Below, one piece after another: positions 8,176-18,150 of a stretch of DNA of 64,000 nt. The position numbers were made by a program, and so were the translations under genes. A model generated the notes under the pieces. That model saw only the letters and a list, made by a program, of their open reading frames with translations, did no database searches and had not been told where the DNA came from. The stretch is taken from sequence record MN445185.1. One strand, written 5' to 3'. Every line of letters begins with the position of its first letter. Position 1 is the stretch's first letter.

Positions 8176-9738
8176 TTAGAACAAATCATCACCCATTCCA
8201 CCGGTGAAGAAGTTGATAGACGACGCTGTTACGGTTTCTTCTTTATCACAATCCCAAGGCAGGATGCCAACATCCTGGAAAGGTATCACTGTGTAGTGAT
8301 AAGATTCTTTAGTATCGATAATGGTGCGGTGCTTACCGCGTTGAACTTCTAAGAAGCTATGGCCGTTGACCACACGCTTGTTAAAATACATTTCACCATC
8401 GGCCTCGTTATCAAGGCTCGAACAACTATCGTAAAGACCACGACCAGGTAAGTTCTTACAGAAACCTACCGGGTCTAACGCTTTTAAGCGCTTACCTTCT
8501 GGGGAAATCTGGTGTGGGGCAATTAAGAACCCACGGTTGCGTACCACTTGGATGTTACGAGCAATACGATAAATTTCTTTGATATCACTCCCGGCAATAC
8601 CGTTGCCGTGTCCTGCTTTGCTGATTGTGCCTAAGTAGTCTGCGCGAATGCCAACAACATGATAACCGCGACGACGTAAGTCGAGAATAAGGTCGTTGAT
8701 GTAGTGCACTTTAAAATCGGAGTTGGTGTGCTTTTGGAAAACGTAGTCCCAACCGTTTGCGCGAATCTTACCACAGAGGTAATCAGACATTGCTGTTGTG
8801 TGTGCTAACTTCTCTTCAGCGGTTGCATCCTGTGCAATGGTCATCTGTGGAACTTGTCCTTCAAAATGACCGTACAGTGCTTGATAGCCGTAAGCTAAGT
8901 TAACGTCGAGTTCGTTTTCTAAACTCAAGTCAAGAATAATTGGTTGCAGTGTGCCCTTCACATCCGCCATTACTTTCTCAGGCGTGTTGAAGATAGGAAT
9001 CGACAAGCTCAGTAAGAGACTGAACAAAGACTTACAGTTAAAAGGTAACGCCGGCATTAGCCACAGTTCTTCGGTAATCCCTTTGTTACAACCGAGCATT
9101 TGGTTAATGGCTTTCCAGCCCGTCTGCAAACCATTACCTGCTGCTTTCTTGTTAATCGAGTCGAACACTTTAACAAACGGAGCCCGATTATCTGTAACCA
9201 GCTCACCGACCAGCGATGGAATCTTATTATGAGAGCGTTCACCGAACGTAGATAGCGCCTCTTTGAGTTCGAGCACTGCGGTGTTCAGATCAACACGTGT
9301 CTCAGTTCCATTCAATGCTCCGAACGCGCGACCCATTTTTGTTTTGAGTTCGACGCTCTGTAAACATTGACGTAATTGGAAATAATATTGAGACAGTTGT
9401 CGATTAAGATGCTCGGTACGTTTGTCTTCTTCCTCGGGCAAATCGTCTTCGAGGAATTTGGTAATCGTATCGTATAGAGGACGTACTTGAGTGGTGGCCA
9501 GCTTCAAGCGCTTCATAACGCTCGCGTGGTCGTATTCCATGCCGCCGTCTATGATAGATGTGATAATGTCCTTGATCTCGATGAGTGCAAAGCGCTCTTC
9601 GCCATCTTCCGCATATTCCGGAAGCTTGATCTGCATCAGAACTTTTCTTATGACATCATGATCCTTGCTAGGGTCCGTCAGCATAGATTCTGTATACAGT
9701 GCGGCTAAGGCGGTTATCAACATCATTTTACTATTCAT
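8176..9738 (-). CDS. dnaB: DnaB-like SF4 replicative helicase (phiKZ gp118-like)
   Basis: TGWKAINQMLG, variant Walker A ALPFNCKS, Walker B GIRADYL, APHQIS, KHR motif; position next to MCP. Confidence 0.85.
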   Translation of the reverse strand: MNSKMMLITALAALYTESMLTDPSKDHDVIRKVLMQIKLPEYAEDGEERFALIEIKDIITSIIDGGMEYDHASVMKRLKLATTQVRPLYDTITKFLEDDLPEEEDKRTEHLNRQLSQYYFQLRQCLQSVELKTKMGRAFGALNGTETRVDLNTAVLELKEALSTFGERSHNKIPSLVGELVTDNRAPFVKVFDSINKKAAGNGLQTGWKAINQMLGCNKGITEELWLMPALPFNCKSLFSLLLSLSIPIFNTPEKVMADVKGTLQPIILDLSLENELDVNLAYGYQALYGHFEGQVPQMTIAQDATAEEKLAHTTAMSDYLCGKIRANGWDYVFQKHTNSDFKVHYINDLILDLRRRGYHVVGIRADYLGTISKAGHGNGIAGSDIKEIYRIARNIQVVRNRGFLIAPHQISPEGKRLKALDPVGFCKNLPGRGLYDSCSSLDNEADGEMYFNKRVVNGHSFLEVQRGKHRTIIDTKESYHYTVIPFQDVGILPWDCDKEETVTASSINFFTGGMGDDLF

Positions 9739-9752
9739 GGAGCATCCTTAAA

Positions 9753-10277
9753 ATGCAAATTCGTTTTAGTCCACCGTGGGAAGTTCAATCTAACATAGAT
9801 AAAGGGGCTGGCGTTAAAAAGTTGGAGGAACTCCAAGCAAGCTTCTTTAACTGGTTATATGACTGCTCGTCGGGCTTTAGTTCCATCATACTGCCAGTGA
9901 GTGACCCTATTTCGATTTATAAATCGATTATGGCACCACCTGCACTTCCGACTCTTTATTATGACCAGGTCTTAAACCTGGTTGAGAAAGGTACGAATGA
10001 AACCCTTGCTGATTTATATGGGGAATCATTCGACGGTCGTTTACGTTGGGTGTTCTCACAACGTGGCGATGTTGTTGTGGCGTCTTTTGCAGAAGCTAAA
10101 TCCGGACCGGGTTTTTCTTTAAGTGAAGACCACGCTGCGAAAAAGATGTTCTGCGCAGAACTTTTTAAATATATGCGTCCCAAGACTCGTGTCGTGGATG
10201 ATACGTTCAGTACGTCGACGCAGTTTGCTGCGCACGAAGTGCTGACGCAGTTGTACGCATGTCATTTATCTAAATAA
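9753..10277 (+). CDS. Conserved protein upstream of MCP (probable head protein)
   Basis: 174-aa ORF from ATG 9753; synteny with phiKZ-like helicase-X-MCP order. Confidence 0.6.
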   Translation: MQIRFSPPWEVQSNIDKGAGVKKLEELQASFFNWLYDCSSGFSSIILPVSDPISIYKSIMAPPALPTLYYDQVLNLVEKGTNETLADLYGESFDGRLRWVFSQRGDVVVASFAEAKSGPGFSLSEDHAAKKMFCAELFKYMRPKTRVVDDTFSTSTQFAAHEVLTQLYACHLSK

Positions 10278-10289
10278 GGTAAACTTGAA

Positions 10290-12590
10290 ATGAAAGATAC
10301 CCGTATCGCTAGTCTGGACCAGCTGGTTCAGCAGGGCAATGCTCTGGTCGCTGCTGCCAAGGCAGGCTCTTCCGCTAATGACGTATGGCAAACCGTAGCC
10401 GTTGGCGAATCTGTACGTAAAAATGCTGCCGGCTTCACCAACCTGCGTGACACTGCTCAGCAGCACTACGAAGCTGTAAACCCTGGCAAAACCATGAGCC
10501 ACGCTGCTCAGGTTGCTTCTGCGATGATTCTGGCTGCTGCCGGTCACGAAGACGACTTCATGACCCGTGTTGCTGCCGAGAGCGCGAAGCCGGAATACGC
10601 CAGCTACATGCCGATCGCTATTTCTGGTGCAGCATCTCTGGCTGCTGACTACGGTAAAACTCCGCTGGTCGCAACTGAATACTACACCAACAAAGACCTG
10701 GACAAAAACCTGGGTCTGACCTGGACGCTGAACGTGCGTGCTCTGGAAACTCAATCCAAGTTTGCAGAAACCCTGTTCCCGACCATCACTGTGGACACCA
10801 ACGACGTCGGCATCACCGTTCGTACCAAAGTTACTACTGTATCTCGTGGTATCCTGAACGCCCTGCTGACCAAAGACGTGGTTGAAGACAACCGTCAGCC
10901 GCTGCATAACGCGCTGTCTAACCACAAAGTCCTGCAGGACGATGCTATCCGTATCGTACCTTACGTGATGGAAACCGGTGAGAACGCGAAGTTCTTCGTA
11001 TCCGAAGACATCATCGAAAACGAAAACGTTCAGCTGGGTCGTGTGCCGGCGTATCCGACCAACTACCTGAGCTTCTCTGAACGTCGTCTGAACCTGTTCC
11101 AGCTGTCTGCCCATCCGGGTATCGTGCAGGAAGGTTACGATGAAACCGACGAAATCGCACCGGGTGCAGCGCTGGGTAGCCTGCTGCTGTCTGTGCGTAA
11201 GCCGACTGAAGAAGCGAAAGATGGCGCGCTGATCAAACTGAACGTACGCGACATGCAGTTCGCTACCTTCCAGCGTCCTCCTGAAGGTGATGGCCGTGAG
11301 CTGGTCCTGCAGTTCCGTCGCACTGTGTTCTCCCTGAACGCCAAGTCTCTGGACTGGAAAGGTGCTGAAATCCCGGCACTGGCCGCTCTGGCACAGAACG
11401 ATTACACCATTCGTTATTCCATGAACATCAGCATGTCTCTGTTCACCAACGGTCAGTTCTCTGGTCGTGTTGACGTGACTGCACCGTCTCTGGAAATCGA
11501 AGGTCTGTACGACGCAACTGGTACTGCTGTTGATATCGAAAGCGGCACCGGTAAAGTTATCATCGACAACCTGAAACTGGAGCTGCTGGGCTGGCGCTTC
11601 GACGGTACTCGTACCAACGAGAACCGGAGAACCCAGGGCCTTCTGCTCGACCCGATTTGGGAACAAGAGAACTACAAACTGCAGTACGGTTCTCCGATCA
11701 TGACCAAATCTCCGGTTGGCGTTGAATACGACGACACCGAACGTCTGGACGACCTCGTTTCTGCGGTTAACATCCGTAACGAAATGCTGGCTATCACTCA
11801 GACTCTGTCTTACACCGAAGCGGTTAAGAACGCAGCTGCGTCCATGATCACTCCGTGGGACAAACCTGCTATCCGCGGCCTGGGCCGTCACTGGGTTGCT
11901 CCGTGGTACAGCGAAAGCGACTACGAAGTGGACAAAGTGATCCAGTCTCTGGATACCAAAGATGCGCTCATCAACGCCCGTCAGGGTCTGGTACAGCGTA
12001 TCGGCGACCAGGTAACTCGTGCTATCCAGGATTCTCGTTTCATGCCGGCTCTGCGCCTGCTGACTGCGGACCCGAACGCACTGCCGAAAGTTGTTATCGC
12101 AACTGACGAACCGACTGCTGCAATGCTGCTGCTGGTTCAGGGTGACCAGCGTCTGCTGGGCGATCGCTACGAGTACGAAGTTATCACCACCAACGATGAC
12201 CGCTGGCGTGTGAAGAACGAAGCTGACGGCAGCTGGACTCGCCGCCTGCAGTGGGTTCTGAAAGTTCCAACCGCTGATGACGGTTCTTACTGTGTTCTGA
12301 ACTGGGGTAACCACTTCTGGTCTCCGATCATGGTAACCAACATCAACATCCAGCGTAACGGCGCTACCAGCAAAGAGCTGGCAGTACAGCCTCGTAACGC
12401 GCACATCTGCCACTGCCCGATCACTGGTCTGATCTGGATTAAAGGTATCACCAAGTTCGTGGAAGAGAAACTGGCGTTCAACGTCACTACTACTTCCAAC
12501 GGTACTGGCGGTACTAATGGCGGTAATGCGGGTGATGTTGGCGGCGGCGCTACCCAGCCAGGTACTGGCGGTGAAGGCGCTGGCGGCTAA
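10290..12590 (+). CDS. Major capsid protein precursor (phiKZ gp120/SPN3US gp75-like)
   Basis: 766 aa, strongly optimised codons, AxE protease site ATE at residue 130, strong terminator after. Confidence 0.9.
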   Translation: MKDTRIASLDQLVQQGNALVAAAKAGSSANDVWQTVAVGESVRKNAAGFTNLRDTAQQHYEAVNPGKTMSHAAQVASAMILAAAGHEDDFMTRVAAESAKPEYASYMPIAISGAASLAADYGKTPLVATEYYTNKDLDKNLGLTWTLNVRALETQSKFAETLFPTITVDTNDVGITVRTKVTTVSRGILNALLTKDVVEDNRQPLHNALSNHKVLQDDAIRIVPYVMETGENAKFFVSEDIIENENVQLGRVPAYPTNYLSFSERRLNLFQLSAHPGIVQEGYDETDEIAPGAALGSLLLSVRKPTEEAKDGALIKLNVRDMQFATFQRPPEGDGRELVLQFRRTVFSLNAKSLDWKGAEIPALAALAQNDYTIRYSMNISMSLFTNGQFSGRVDVTAPSLEIEGLYDATGTAVDIESGTGKVIIDNLKLELLGWRFDGTRTNENRRTQGLLLDPIWEQENYKLQYGSPIMTKSPVGVEYDDTERLDDLVSAVNIRNEMLAITQTLSYTEAVKNAAASMITPWDKPAIRGLGRHWVAPWYSESDYEVDKVIQSLDTKDALINARQGLVQRIGDQVTRAIQDSRFMPALRLLTADPNALPKVVIATDEPTAAMLLLVQGDQRLLGDRYEYEVITTNDDRWRVKNEADGSWTRRLQWVLKVPTADDGSYCVLNWGNHFWSPIMVTNINIQRNGATSKELAVQPRNAHICHCPITGLIWIKGITKFVEEKLAFNVTTTSNGTGGTNGGNAGDVGGGATQPGTGGEGAGG

Positions 12591-12620
12591 TAATCCGTAA
12601 GGATTACGTTGCCTAAGATT

Positions 12621-12658
12621 AGCTTACTCCCTTCGGGGAGTAAGCTTTTTCTTTTTTT
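12621..12658 (+). terminator. Rho-independent terminator of MCP operon
   Basis: AGCTTACTCCC-TTCG-GGGAGTAAGCT followed by a long T-tract. Confidence 0.95.
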
Positions 12659-12670
12659 CTAAAAATTTAT

Positions 12671-12693
12671 AGATAGATATTATCTTAGGGAGA
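12671..12693 (+). promoter_or_regulatory. Early-type promoter, AGATAGATRTTATC class
   Basis: AGATAGATATTATCTTAGGGAGA; same motif at 12869, 33175, 41718, 50118. Confidence 0.7.
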
Positions 12694-12725
12694 GAGTCAT
12701 TCGGTTTTAACTTAAGGAGACAGTA

Positions 12726-12869
12726 ATGGAAGTCAATTTAGAGAGATCAAGACTAGTTGCACCGATGTTTGATGGGCGCGGTTTTATGGCGAACGGTCAC
12801 CACGTTTGATACCCTAAAGTTTTTTACGTTAAGGGCACTGGGTATGAACCCGTGCCCAAAGTAATCTGA
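12726..12869 (+). pseudogene. 47-codon ORF interrupted by an in-frame TGA (12807-09); pseudogene or readthrough
   Basis: AAGGAG RBS; MEVNLERSRLVAPMFDGRGFMANGHHV*YPKVFYVKGTGYEPVPKVI*. Confidence 0.45.
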
Positions 12870-12890
12870 GATAGATATTATCTACGTGAA
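12869..12890 (+). promoter_or_regulatory. Early-type promoter, AGATAGATRTTATC class
   Basis: AGATAGATATTATCTACGTGAA upstream of 12923 and the RNAP gene. Confidence 0.65.
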
Positions 12891-12922
12891 TAATTCTTTT
12901 GGTATTATTACTGGGATGTTCA

Positions 12923-13927
12923 ATGAACCGTTATGATTTAGACGTTCAGCCAACGCTAACCCAGCGGCCCATGCACCGTGGTGCCGTGTCGAAGACTATC
13001 ACGTACGAAAATAATACCGGGTTTCCCATATACGTCACTGAACTCAGTGGCGGGCATTTTGTTTTAGCCCCGTCGTCCACCACAGCGGCGGAATTTGGGA
13101 TTGTGATTTACGTGACCTATACGGTGTTTGCGAACGGTGCTAACCTATCTGGTTTGCGCGACGCACATTCGCCAAAGCAGTATGCGCAGATATGTAAGGA
13201 ATTAACTACGAACGGCGAAACAACGCTGATGTATGTAGTTGATGATATCGGAGCGTTAATGCGAGGCGACTTGGTGGTGTTGAAGAAGCTAGGAATGGCT
13301 TTCTCTACCCAACCAGTAAAACTCGATTCTGAGGTTATTGGTAAGCCAGGAGGGGATCGTAAAGAATTTGCCTTGGGCGTGGTAGTTGTACAGAAGTACG
13401 AAGACCCAGCACCTTTAAAGTGGCTGAGGTTCTATACAACGATGTTGGAAGTCGAACCGATTCGATCGAAGTATTACGACGAGGGTATATACATGGTAAT
13501 CGGTGGTGCGGAGTGCGTCGAAGGGGGTAAGATGATAATGTACTCTTTCGATGACCCGATGTCCCCGTTCCGGGCGTTTGCATCTGAAGATGAAGCGAGG
13601 CGTTATCGGTGGCTCGATAACATTCCAGAGTTGCGAGATGTTCGTGCGAAGCTGGAAGCCACGTATCAGGCCAAGTTGCAAGATCTCGATGAGAAAAAGA
13701 ATCGGCAAGACCTCGATTATCGTACACAACTTAATAATCTGGCGCTAGAGAAGGAGAGGATTAACACCCTTAACACAATCCAGACGAATGAGCTTAAGTT
13801 GCGTTCCGATGTTCGTAAAGACCAATACGAGTCCCGAGCTTATCAGCGAAAAGATAGCTCGGAGTTCTTGAAATCCATTCCCGCGTATTTGGCTGCAGGG
13901 GTAGCACTCGTTGGGATGATTCTCTGA
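12923..13927 (+). CDS. Conserved protein with C-terminal coiled coil and terminal hydrophobic helix (phiKZ gp122-like position)
   Basis: Heptad-like region, then IPAYLAAGVALVGMIL at the C-terminus. Confidence 0.6.
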   Translation: MNRYDLDVQPTLTQRPMHRGAVSKTITYENNTGFPIYVTELSGGHFVLAPSSTTAAEFGIVIYVTYTVFANGANLSGLRDAHSPKQYAQICKELTTNGETTLMYVVDDIGALMRGDLVVLKKLGMAFSTQPVKLDSEVIGKPGGDRKEFALGVVVVQKYEDPAPLKWLRFYTTMLEVEPIRSKYYDEGIYMVIGGAECVEGGKMIMYSFDDPMSPFRAFASEDEARRYRWLDNIPELRDVRAKLEATYQAKLQDLDEKKNRQDLDYRTQLNNLALEKERINTLNTIQTNELKLRSDVRKDQYESRAYQRKDSSEFLKSIPAYLAAGVALVGMIL

Positions 13928-13938
13928 GGGAGGCCGGT

Positions 13939-15717
13939 GTGTTTAAAGATGCGATTAGGAAGATTAAAGAGGCAGGCGAAATAGTGCCTTTTAATCGTGC
14001 AATTGCAGAAGGAGTTGGGTACACACAAGCTAAAGACGGGATACATGATCGTGTGGCAACCATTCTACGTCGTGAGTTGACGTATGATGAAATCGATAAC
14101 CCGAAATTACCAGAAGGGTTAACGGTATTAGGTTGTCGCCAAATGTCGCCGTTTGAAGCTTTTATCTTTAAGTTATCGAAGTCGGATAACAATTCACGAA
14201 ATAATCGTGGCCGGTCAATTATTAACATCTCATCCACTGATACGTATATGGTAATGGCCTCGTTCCGAGTTCCAGGCGATCCTCGCCCGGTGCAACGACC
14301 AATGAGCTTACCATTTATTCGTCGTGGCGGCTTAATGAACTACTACGGTACAACGTACCACGTAGCACCTGTAATCCACCAACCTGGTATTTGTCGTGAG
14401 CACGGTGGTATCTTTATTAACTTTGACTTCACCCGCAAGGTGTCTATCAAGTTCTGTAAGAAACCAACGAAGATTCTGGTGAATGGTCGCCCTGAGCAGC
14501 TGTTCTTGCCAGGTACATCGAATCTGTTTGTCTCAACCGGACAGATTGGACACGACACCGATGAGAAGCCGTTGATGTATTGGCTCTTCGGGCGCTACGG
14601 CTTTAAACAAGCTGTGAAGCGTTATGCGGGTGTTGATGTGGCGATTTGGCCAGCGATTAAAGTACGTGATGTGGACTTAACGAAGTATGTGGTGATTCAG
14701 TCCGGTGAGCCACAACTCGCGAAGACCATCCAGTACGTACTGTTGGTTAAACGTGAAGATATGCCTAACACCGATGCAGGGCGTTGGGATCAGAATGAAC
14801 ATCTGTTGCTGGTAGCGACTGCCGCATTCTTCAAAGCAGCGCACTACTACGCAGGTAAACAGAACAGTAAGAACGGTCGTGCACCAACACTGCCGGGGCT
14901 GTTTACACAGATTAACGAAATGGCAATGGACGAAGATATTGCGAACCTCAATTCTGCAGCCTCCTGGCGCGAAGTGTTGGGTCGTAGTATTCGCGGACTG
15001 AAGCCTTCGGATATCGAACTGAGTCGCAGTATGGACAGCCACTTCCAGGAATGTGAACGCTATGTCAACAGCACCTTCCGTGGTGAGCTGATGGCAAACG
15101 ATCCGTCCATCCCTGATGATTTGGATATGTTTGATTTCCTCTGGTACACCACGCAGCTGATGGTGCGTACTCGTCTTACCAAACAAGATGATATTCCGTC
15201 TATGTACGGAAAACGTCTCACGGTAACCGATTACTTACTGTTGGGCCAACGTGGCTTTACCACAACGATCTCGAAAATACGTTGGAAGCTGGGGCAGTTG
15301 GAACATCGGACTCCAGAGACAGCGGCGAAGTCTATTCGAGACGCACTGAACAAACAGATCGTGCTCAATCTGGTGATGCGCACCATTACGAGCAACGGCG
15401 GTATCAGTTTCTTCAATGCCTCTACAGAATCAATGGTATTGGCAGTGTCTACGCACGCCATCGGTCAAACCGAAACCGATGCTAAGCGTTCGAAGAAAGG
15501 AGGCAAGACCGTTAACTTGAACGACCGTACTAAGCACGCATCTGCGTCGCATCTGGAATGTGGTAACGTCTACTATATTCCTAAGTCGGCACCGTTTAAG
15601 GCAAACATCCTCAACCCGTACATGAAGACCAACCCAAGTTTGGTAATGATGCGGAACCCTAAACTGGACCCGTACATCAGACCGACCGAAGAAGACATTG
15701 CTAAAATCGGCCGCTAA
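13939..15717 (+). CDS. Non-virion RNA polymerase beta subunit, N-terminal part (phiKZ gp123-like)
   Basis: 592 aa; SLPFIRRGGLMNYYGTTYHVAPV and HASASHLECG resemble RNAP beta segments; synteny downstream of MCP. Confidence 0.8.
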   Translation: MFKDAIRKIKEAGEIVPFNRAIAEGVGYTQAKDGIHDRVATILRRELTYDEIDNPKLPEGLTVLGCRQMSPFEAFIFKLSKSDNNSRNNRGRSIINISSTDTYMVMASFRVPGDPRPVQRPMSLPFIRRGGLMNYYGTTYHVAPVIHQPGICREHGGIFINFDFTRKVSIKFCKKPTKILVNGRPEQLFLPGTSNLFVSTGQIGHDTDEKPLMYWLFGRYGFKQAVKRYAGVDVAIWPAIKVRDVDLTKYVVIQSGEPQLAKTIQYVLLVKREDMPNTDAGRWDQNEHLLLVATAAFFKAAHYYAGKQNSKNGRAPTLPGLFTQINEMAMDEDIANLNSAASWREVLGRSIRGLKPSDIELSRSMDSHFQECERYVNSTFRGELMANDPSIPDDLDMFDFLWYTTQLMVRTRLTKQDDIPSMYGKRLTVTDYLLLGQRGFTTTISKIRWKLGQLEHRTPETAAKSIRDALNKQIVLNLVMRTITSNGGISFFNASTESMVLAVSTHAIGQTETDAKRSKKGGKTVNLNDRTKHASASHLECGNVYYIPKSAPFKANILNPYMKTNPSLVMMRNPKLDPYIRPTEEDIAKIGR

Positions 15718-15748
15718 TTATTACATCTCTTAAGGAGTATTATTTACA

Positions 15749-17419
15749 ATGAGCATTACTGTTGAACAAATCAAAAACGTCATCGTTAAACACCTCGATC
15801 AGGACGCGGTACTGTCGCAGCTGAATAATGTGATGCGCAGCCGTAGCATTCCGCCAGATCAGGCGTTAAAGATTGCGACGTATGTTGCGGCATGGGCAGC
15901 ATCCAAAGGGGGTAGTGAAGCACAGGTTATCGCATATGCGGTCGATGCGTATAAAGCAGCTGCCTATCAGCAGGTGCATAACGCAGGCGACGCGTATAAC
16001 GACGATCGTCACACCAAACTGGTTAATGCTTGGGAACAAGTCGGTAAGATTCTTGCCGAAATTCGTTCTCAGCAGTCTGGCGGTTTGGGTGGCAGTGGTG
16101 GTTTAGGTGGTGGTAGCAACGCAGGTGGGTTACTGGGCGGTAACAGTTCTGGCGGTGTTCGTGTTACTGATGGCCTGACCATGTCTTCTGCGCCATCTGG
16201 TGGTGTTAAGATTGGTAACACAGATGCGGCACTAACCGTGATTGCTGGCGGTGAAGGTCTTAACCTGGTCAATGATCCTATTCTGAACCCACAACCGGCG
16301 CAAGTAGCCCCAGCACAACAGCCCCGGCCTGAACCAGCACCGGTGCCTGTACAACCAATGCCGGTGTCTAATGCTACAGTTAATAACCCAGTGCTTTCCC
16401 CACTCGGCGCAACAGAAGAAACCGAGAAGGACACTATCAATGGCCCAATTAACAACATTCTGCAGGAGATTGATTTGATGGAAGACTACGCACTTCACGA
16501 GCTGAAAACCCCCGAGCTTAAAATGTCGATTCCAGCGAAGGAAGCTAACAGTCGCATTAAGCAATCTGTTTACGCGGAAACTCGTGATTGGGCTACACCG
16601 TTGCAAGATATCTTTAACGGTAATGAAGAGGTTGTTTTCTACGACGGGGCTGACCTGATTGTGCGTGCACGTGATAGCTATCGCGCGTATCTGGTCGGTG
16701 TTAACACTGACATGTGCGAACGCATGAAACAATTCGTTGCTAAGCACGATGCGCTGAAATCCGATCTCGACAACCTGGCACTGGTAGAAGATGTTGAAAC
16801 TATCATGGCTAAGGTGAAGCGTACGATCGATGAACTGCGTAAGAACACGAAAGAACTGCACGAATATGCGATTGCGAACAGCAGCGAAGCAGAAGTGGTT
16901 ATCAGTGAAATTTCTCGCTTTGCTAATGCGTACCTGGCGAATATCACTTTCCTGGTACACAACGCGCTGTCGCTGGGCACTAAGCGTGGTAAAGATGTGC
17001 CGAAGTTCAAAGCTATCGATTTCGAACGGAAAATCAGCGATATTGATTTCTTCGTAAAAGATCTGTTCACAGCAACCGCTGGCGACAACGGTGTAAGTGA
17101 ATATGAAGACTGGTTCCGTGACCTGTTCCTGATGGTAGCAAACTCTCTGCGCAAACTGACTATCAAGCTGAGCGATTCTGGCAAGGTGGTTAATCTGATT
17201 CAGAGCCAGTTCACCATCGTGATTCCAGGCATGTACCATTCTGTTGATAAACACGACGTAGTTACGGTAGCGTCTCTGGGCAATACCGCAGACCCAGTTG
17301 TGTCTATCTACGAAGCAGTACAGGAAAACGTGCCACATGCAATTGTGTTAATGCAGCTGCCGCAGCGCACCTACCTGCTTCTGAGCAATGGTGAGAAAAC
17401 TGCACCAGTGTTGTACTAA
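15749..17419 (+). CDS. Hypothetical protein with Gly- and Pro-rich linker
   Basis: 556 aa, AAGGAG RBS, GGLGGSGG and PQPAQVAP tracts. Confidence 0.75.
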   Translation: MSITVEQIKNVIVKHLDQDAVLSQLNNVMRSRSIPPDQALKIATYVAAWAASKGGSEAQVIAYAVDAYKAAAYQQVHNAGDAYNDDRHTKLVNAWEQVGKILAEIRSQQSGGLGGSGGLGGGSNAGGLLGGNSSGGVRVTDGLTMSSAPSGGVKIGNTDAALTVIAGGEGLNLVNDPILNPQPAQVAPAQQPRPEPAPVPVQPMPVSNATVNNPVLSPLGATEETEKDTINGPINNILQEIDLMEDYALHELKTPELKMSIPAKEANSRIKQSVYAETRDWATPLQDIFNGNEEVVFYDGADLIVRARDSYRAYLVGVNTDMCERMKQFVAKHDALKSDLDNLALVEDVETIMAKVKRTIDELRKNTKELHEYAIANSSEAEVVISEISRFANAYLANITFLVHNALSLGTKRGKDVPKFKAIDFERKISDIDFFVKDLFTATAGDNGVSEYEDWFRDLFLMVANSLRKLTIKLSDSGKVVNLIQSQFTIVIPGMYHSVDKHDVVTVASLGNTADPVVSIYEAVQENVPHAIVLMQLPQRTYLLLSNGEKTAPVLY

Positions 17420-17426
17420 GTAATAC

Positions 17427-17461
17427 GGAGACCTTCGGGTCTCCTATTATTATTTTTTATT
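17427..17461 (+). terminator. Rho-independent terminator
   Basis: GGAGACC-TTCG-GGTCTCC followed by a T-rich tract. Confidence 0.85.
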
Positions 17462-17484
17462 CTATCATGAAAAGGAGTATTAAA

Positions 17485-17751
17485 ATGTCTAGTGTTGAAG
17501 CAGTAATCTATTTTGAAAACGATGGGGTCGCAGGGTGTGGCTTCCCGAAGACAACAGGGGTTAAATCTCTGTTGGCAAAGTATAAAGAAGAGCTTAAGAA
17601 AACGGCAGGGCAGAACCCTGGCGTGCCACTGCGTAGTGTTTTTCCTGAGATGGAGAAGGCCGCAAAAACTGATCCGGTGTTGGATATGTTCTGCGGGATG
17701 ATCAAAGAGCGATTCCCTGACATTGATAAGTACCACATTACGCTGGCGTAA
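17485..17751 (+). CDS. Hypothetical protein
   Basis: AAGGAG RBS before ATG 17485. Confidence 0.7.
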   Translation: MSSVEAVIYFENDGVAGCGFPKTTGVKSLLAKYKEELKKTAGQNPGVPLRSVFPEMEKAAKTDPVLDMFCGMIKERFPDIDKYHITLA

Positions 17752-17785
17752 TTATTATAGAGTAGCTCTATAATGAGGTTCGAGC

Positions 17786-18088
17786 ATGGTAAAGTTCATT
17801 GTTGTCAACATGGATTTTGAGCGTAGTGTGCGTTTTCGCTTTGAGTTACCTGAAAACAAAGCGACTGAAGCTTTCTTAGCCGACTTCCACAAAGCCAAAA
17901 CAGCGATCAGTCATGGACGTCGCTGGCAAATCTTCTATAACGCCCGTAAAGGCCTCCTGAAGGCGTTAAAAGCAGCAAAGGATACAAAGGTATTGGAAAA
18001 GCTAGAACCTTTCCAGAACGACCCTCTGGCGATTGGTATCATGCTCGACGAACTGGTTAATAAACCCAAAGCTGCTACAGAAGATTAA
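17786..18088 (+). CDS. Hypothetical protein
   Basis: 100-aa ORF, GAGG RBS. Confidence 0.7.
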   Translation: MVKFIVVNMDFERSVRFRFELPENKATEAFLADFHKAKTAISHGRRWQIFYNARKGLLKALKAAKDTKVLEKLEPFQNDPLAIGIMLDELVNKPKAATED

Positions 18089-18148
18089 AAAAAGAAAAGG
18101 TACCTCTCCCCGAAGGGAGAGGTAAACCTTATTTCTTTTTCTTTTTTT
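18087..18148. terminator. Bidirectional terminator between convergent genes
   Basis: A-tract, TACCTCTCCC-CGAA-GGGAGAGGTA, T-tract. Confidence 0.9.
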
Positions 18149-18150
18149 GT

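Noticed and set aside
10266-12413. 715-aa minus-strand ORF
   Set aside because: Antisense shadow of the codon-optimised MCP gene; no RBS, protein-unlike composition
16232-17338. 368-aa minus-strand ORF
   Set aside because: Shadow of 15749-17419; no motifs, RBS or terminator support
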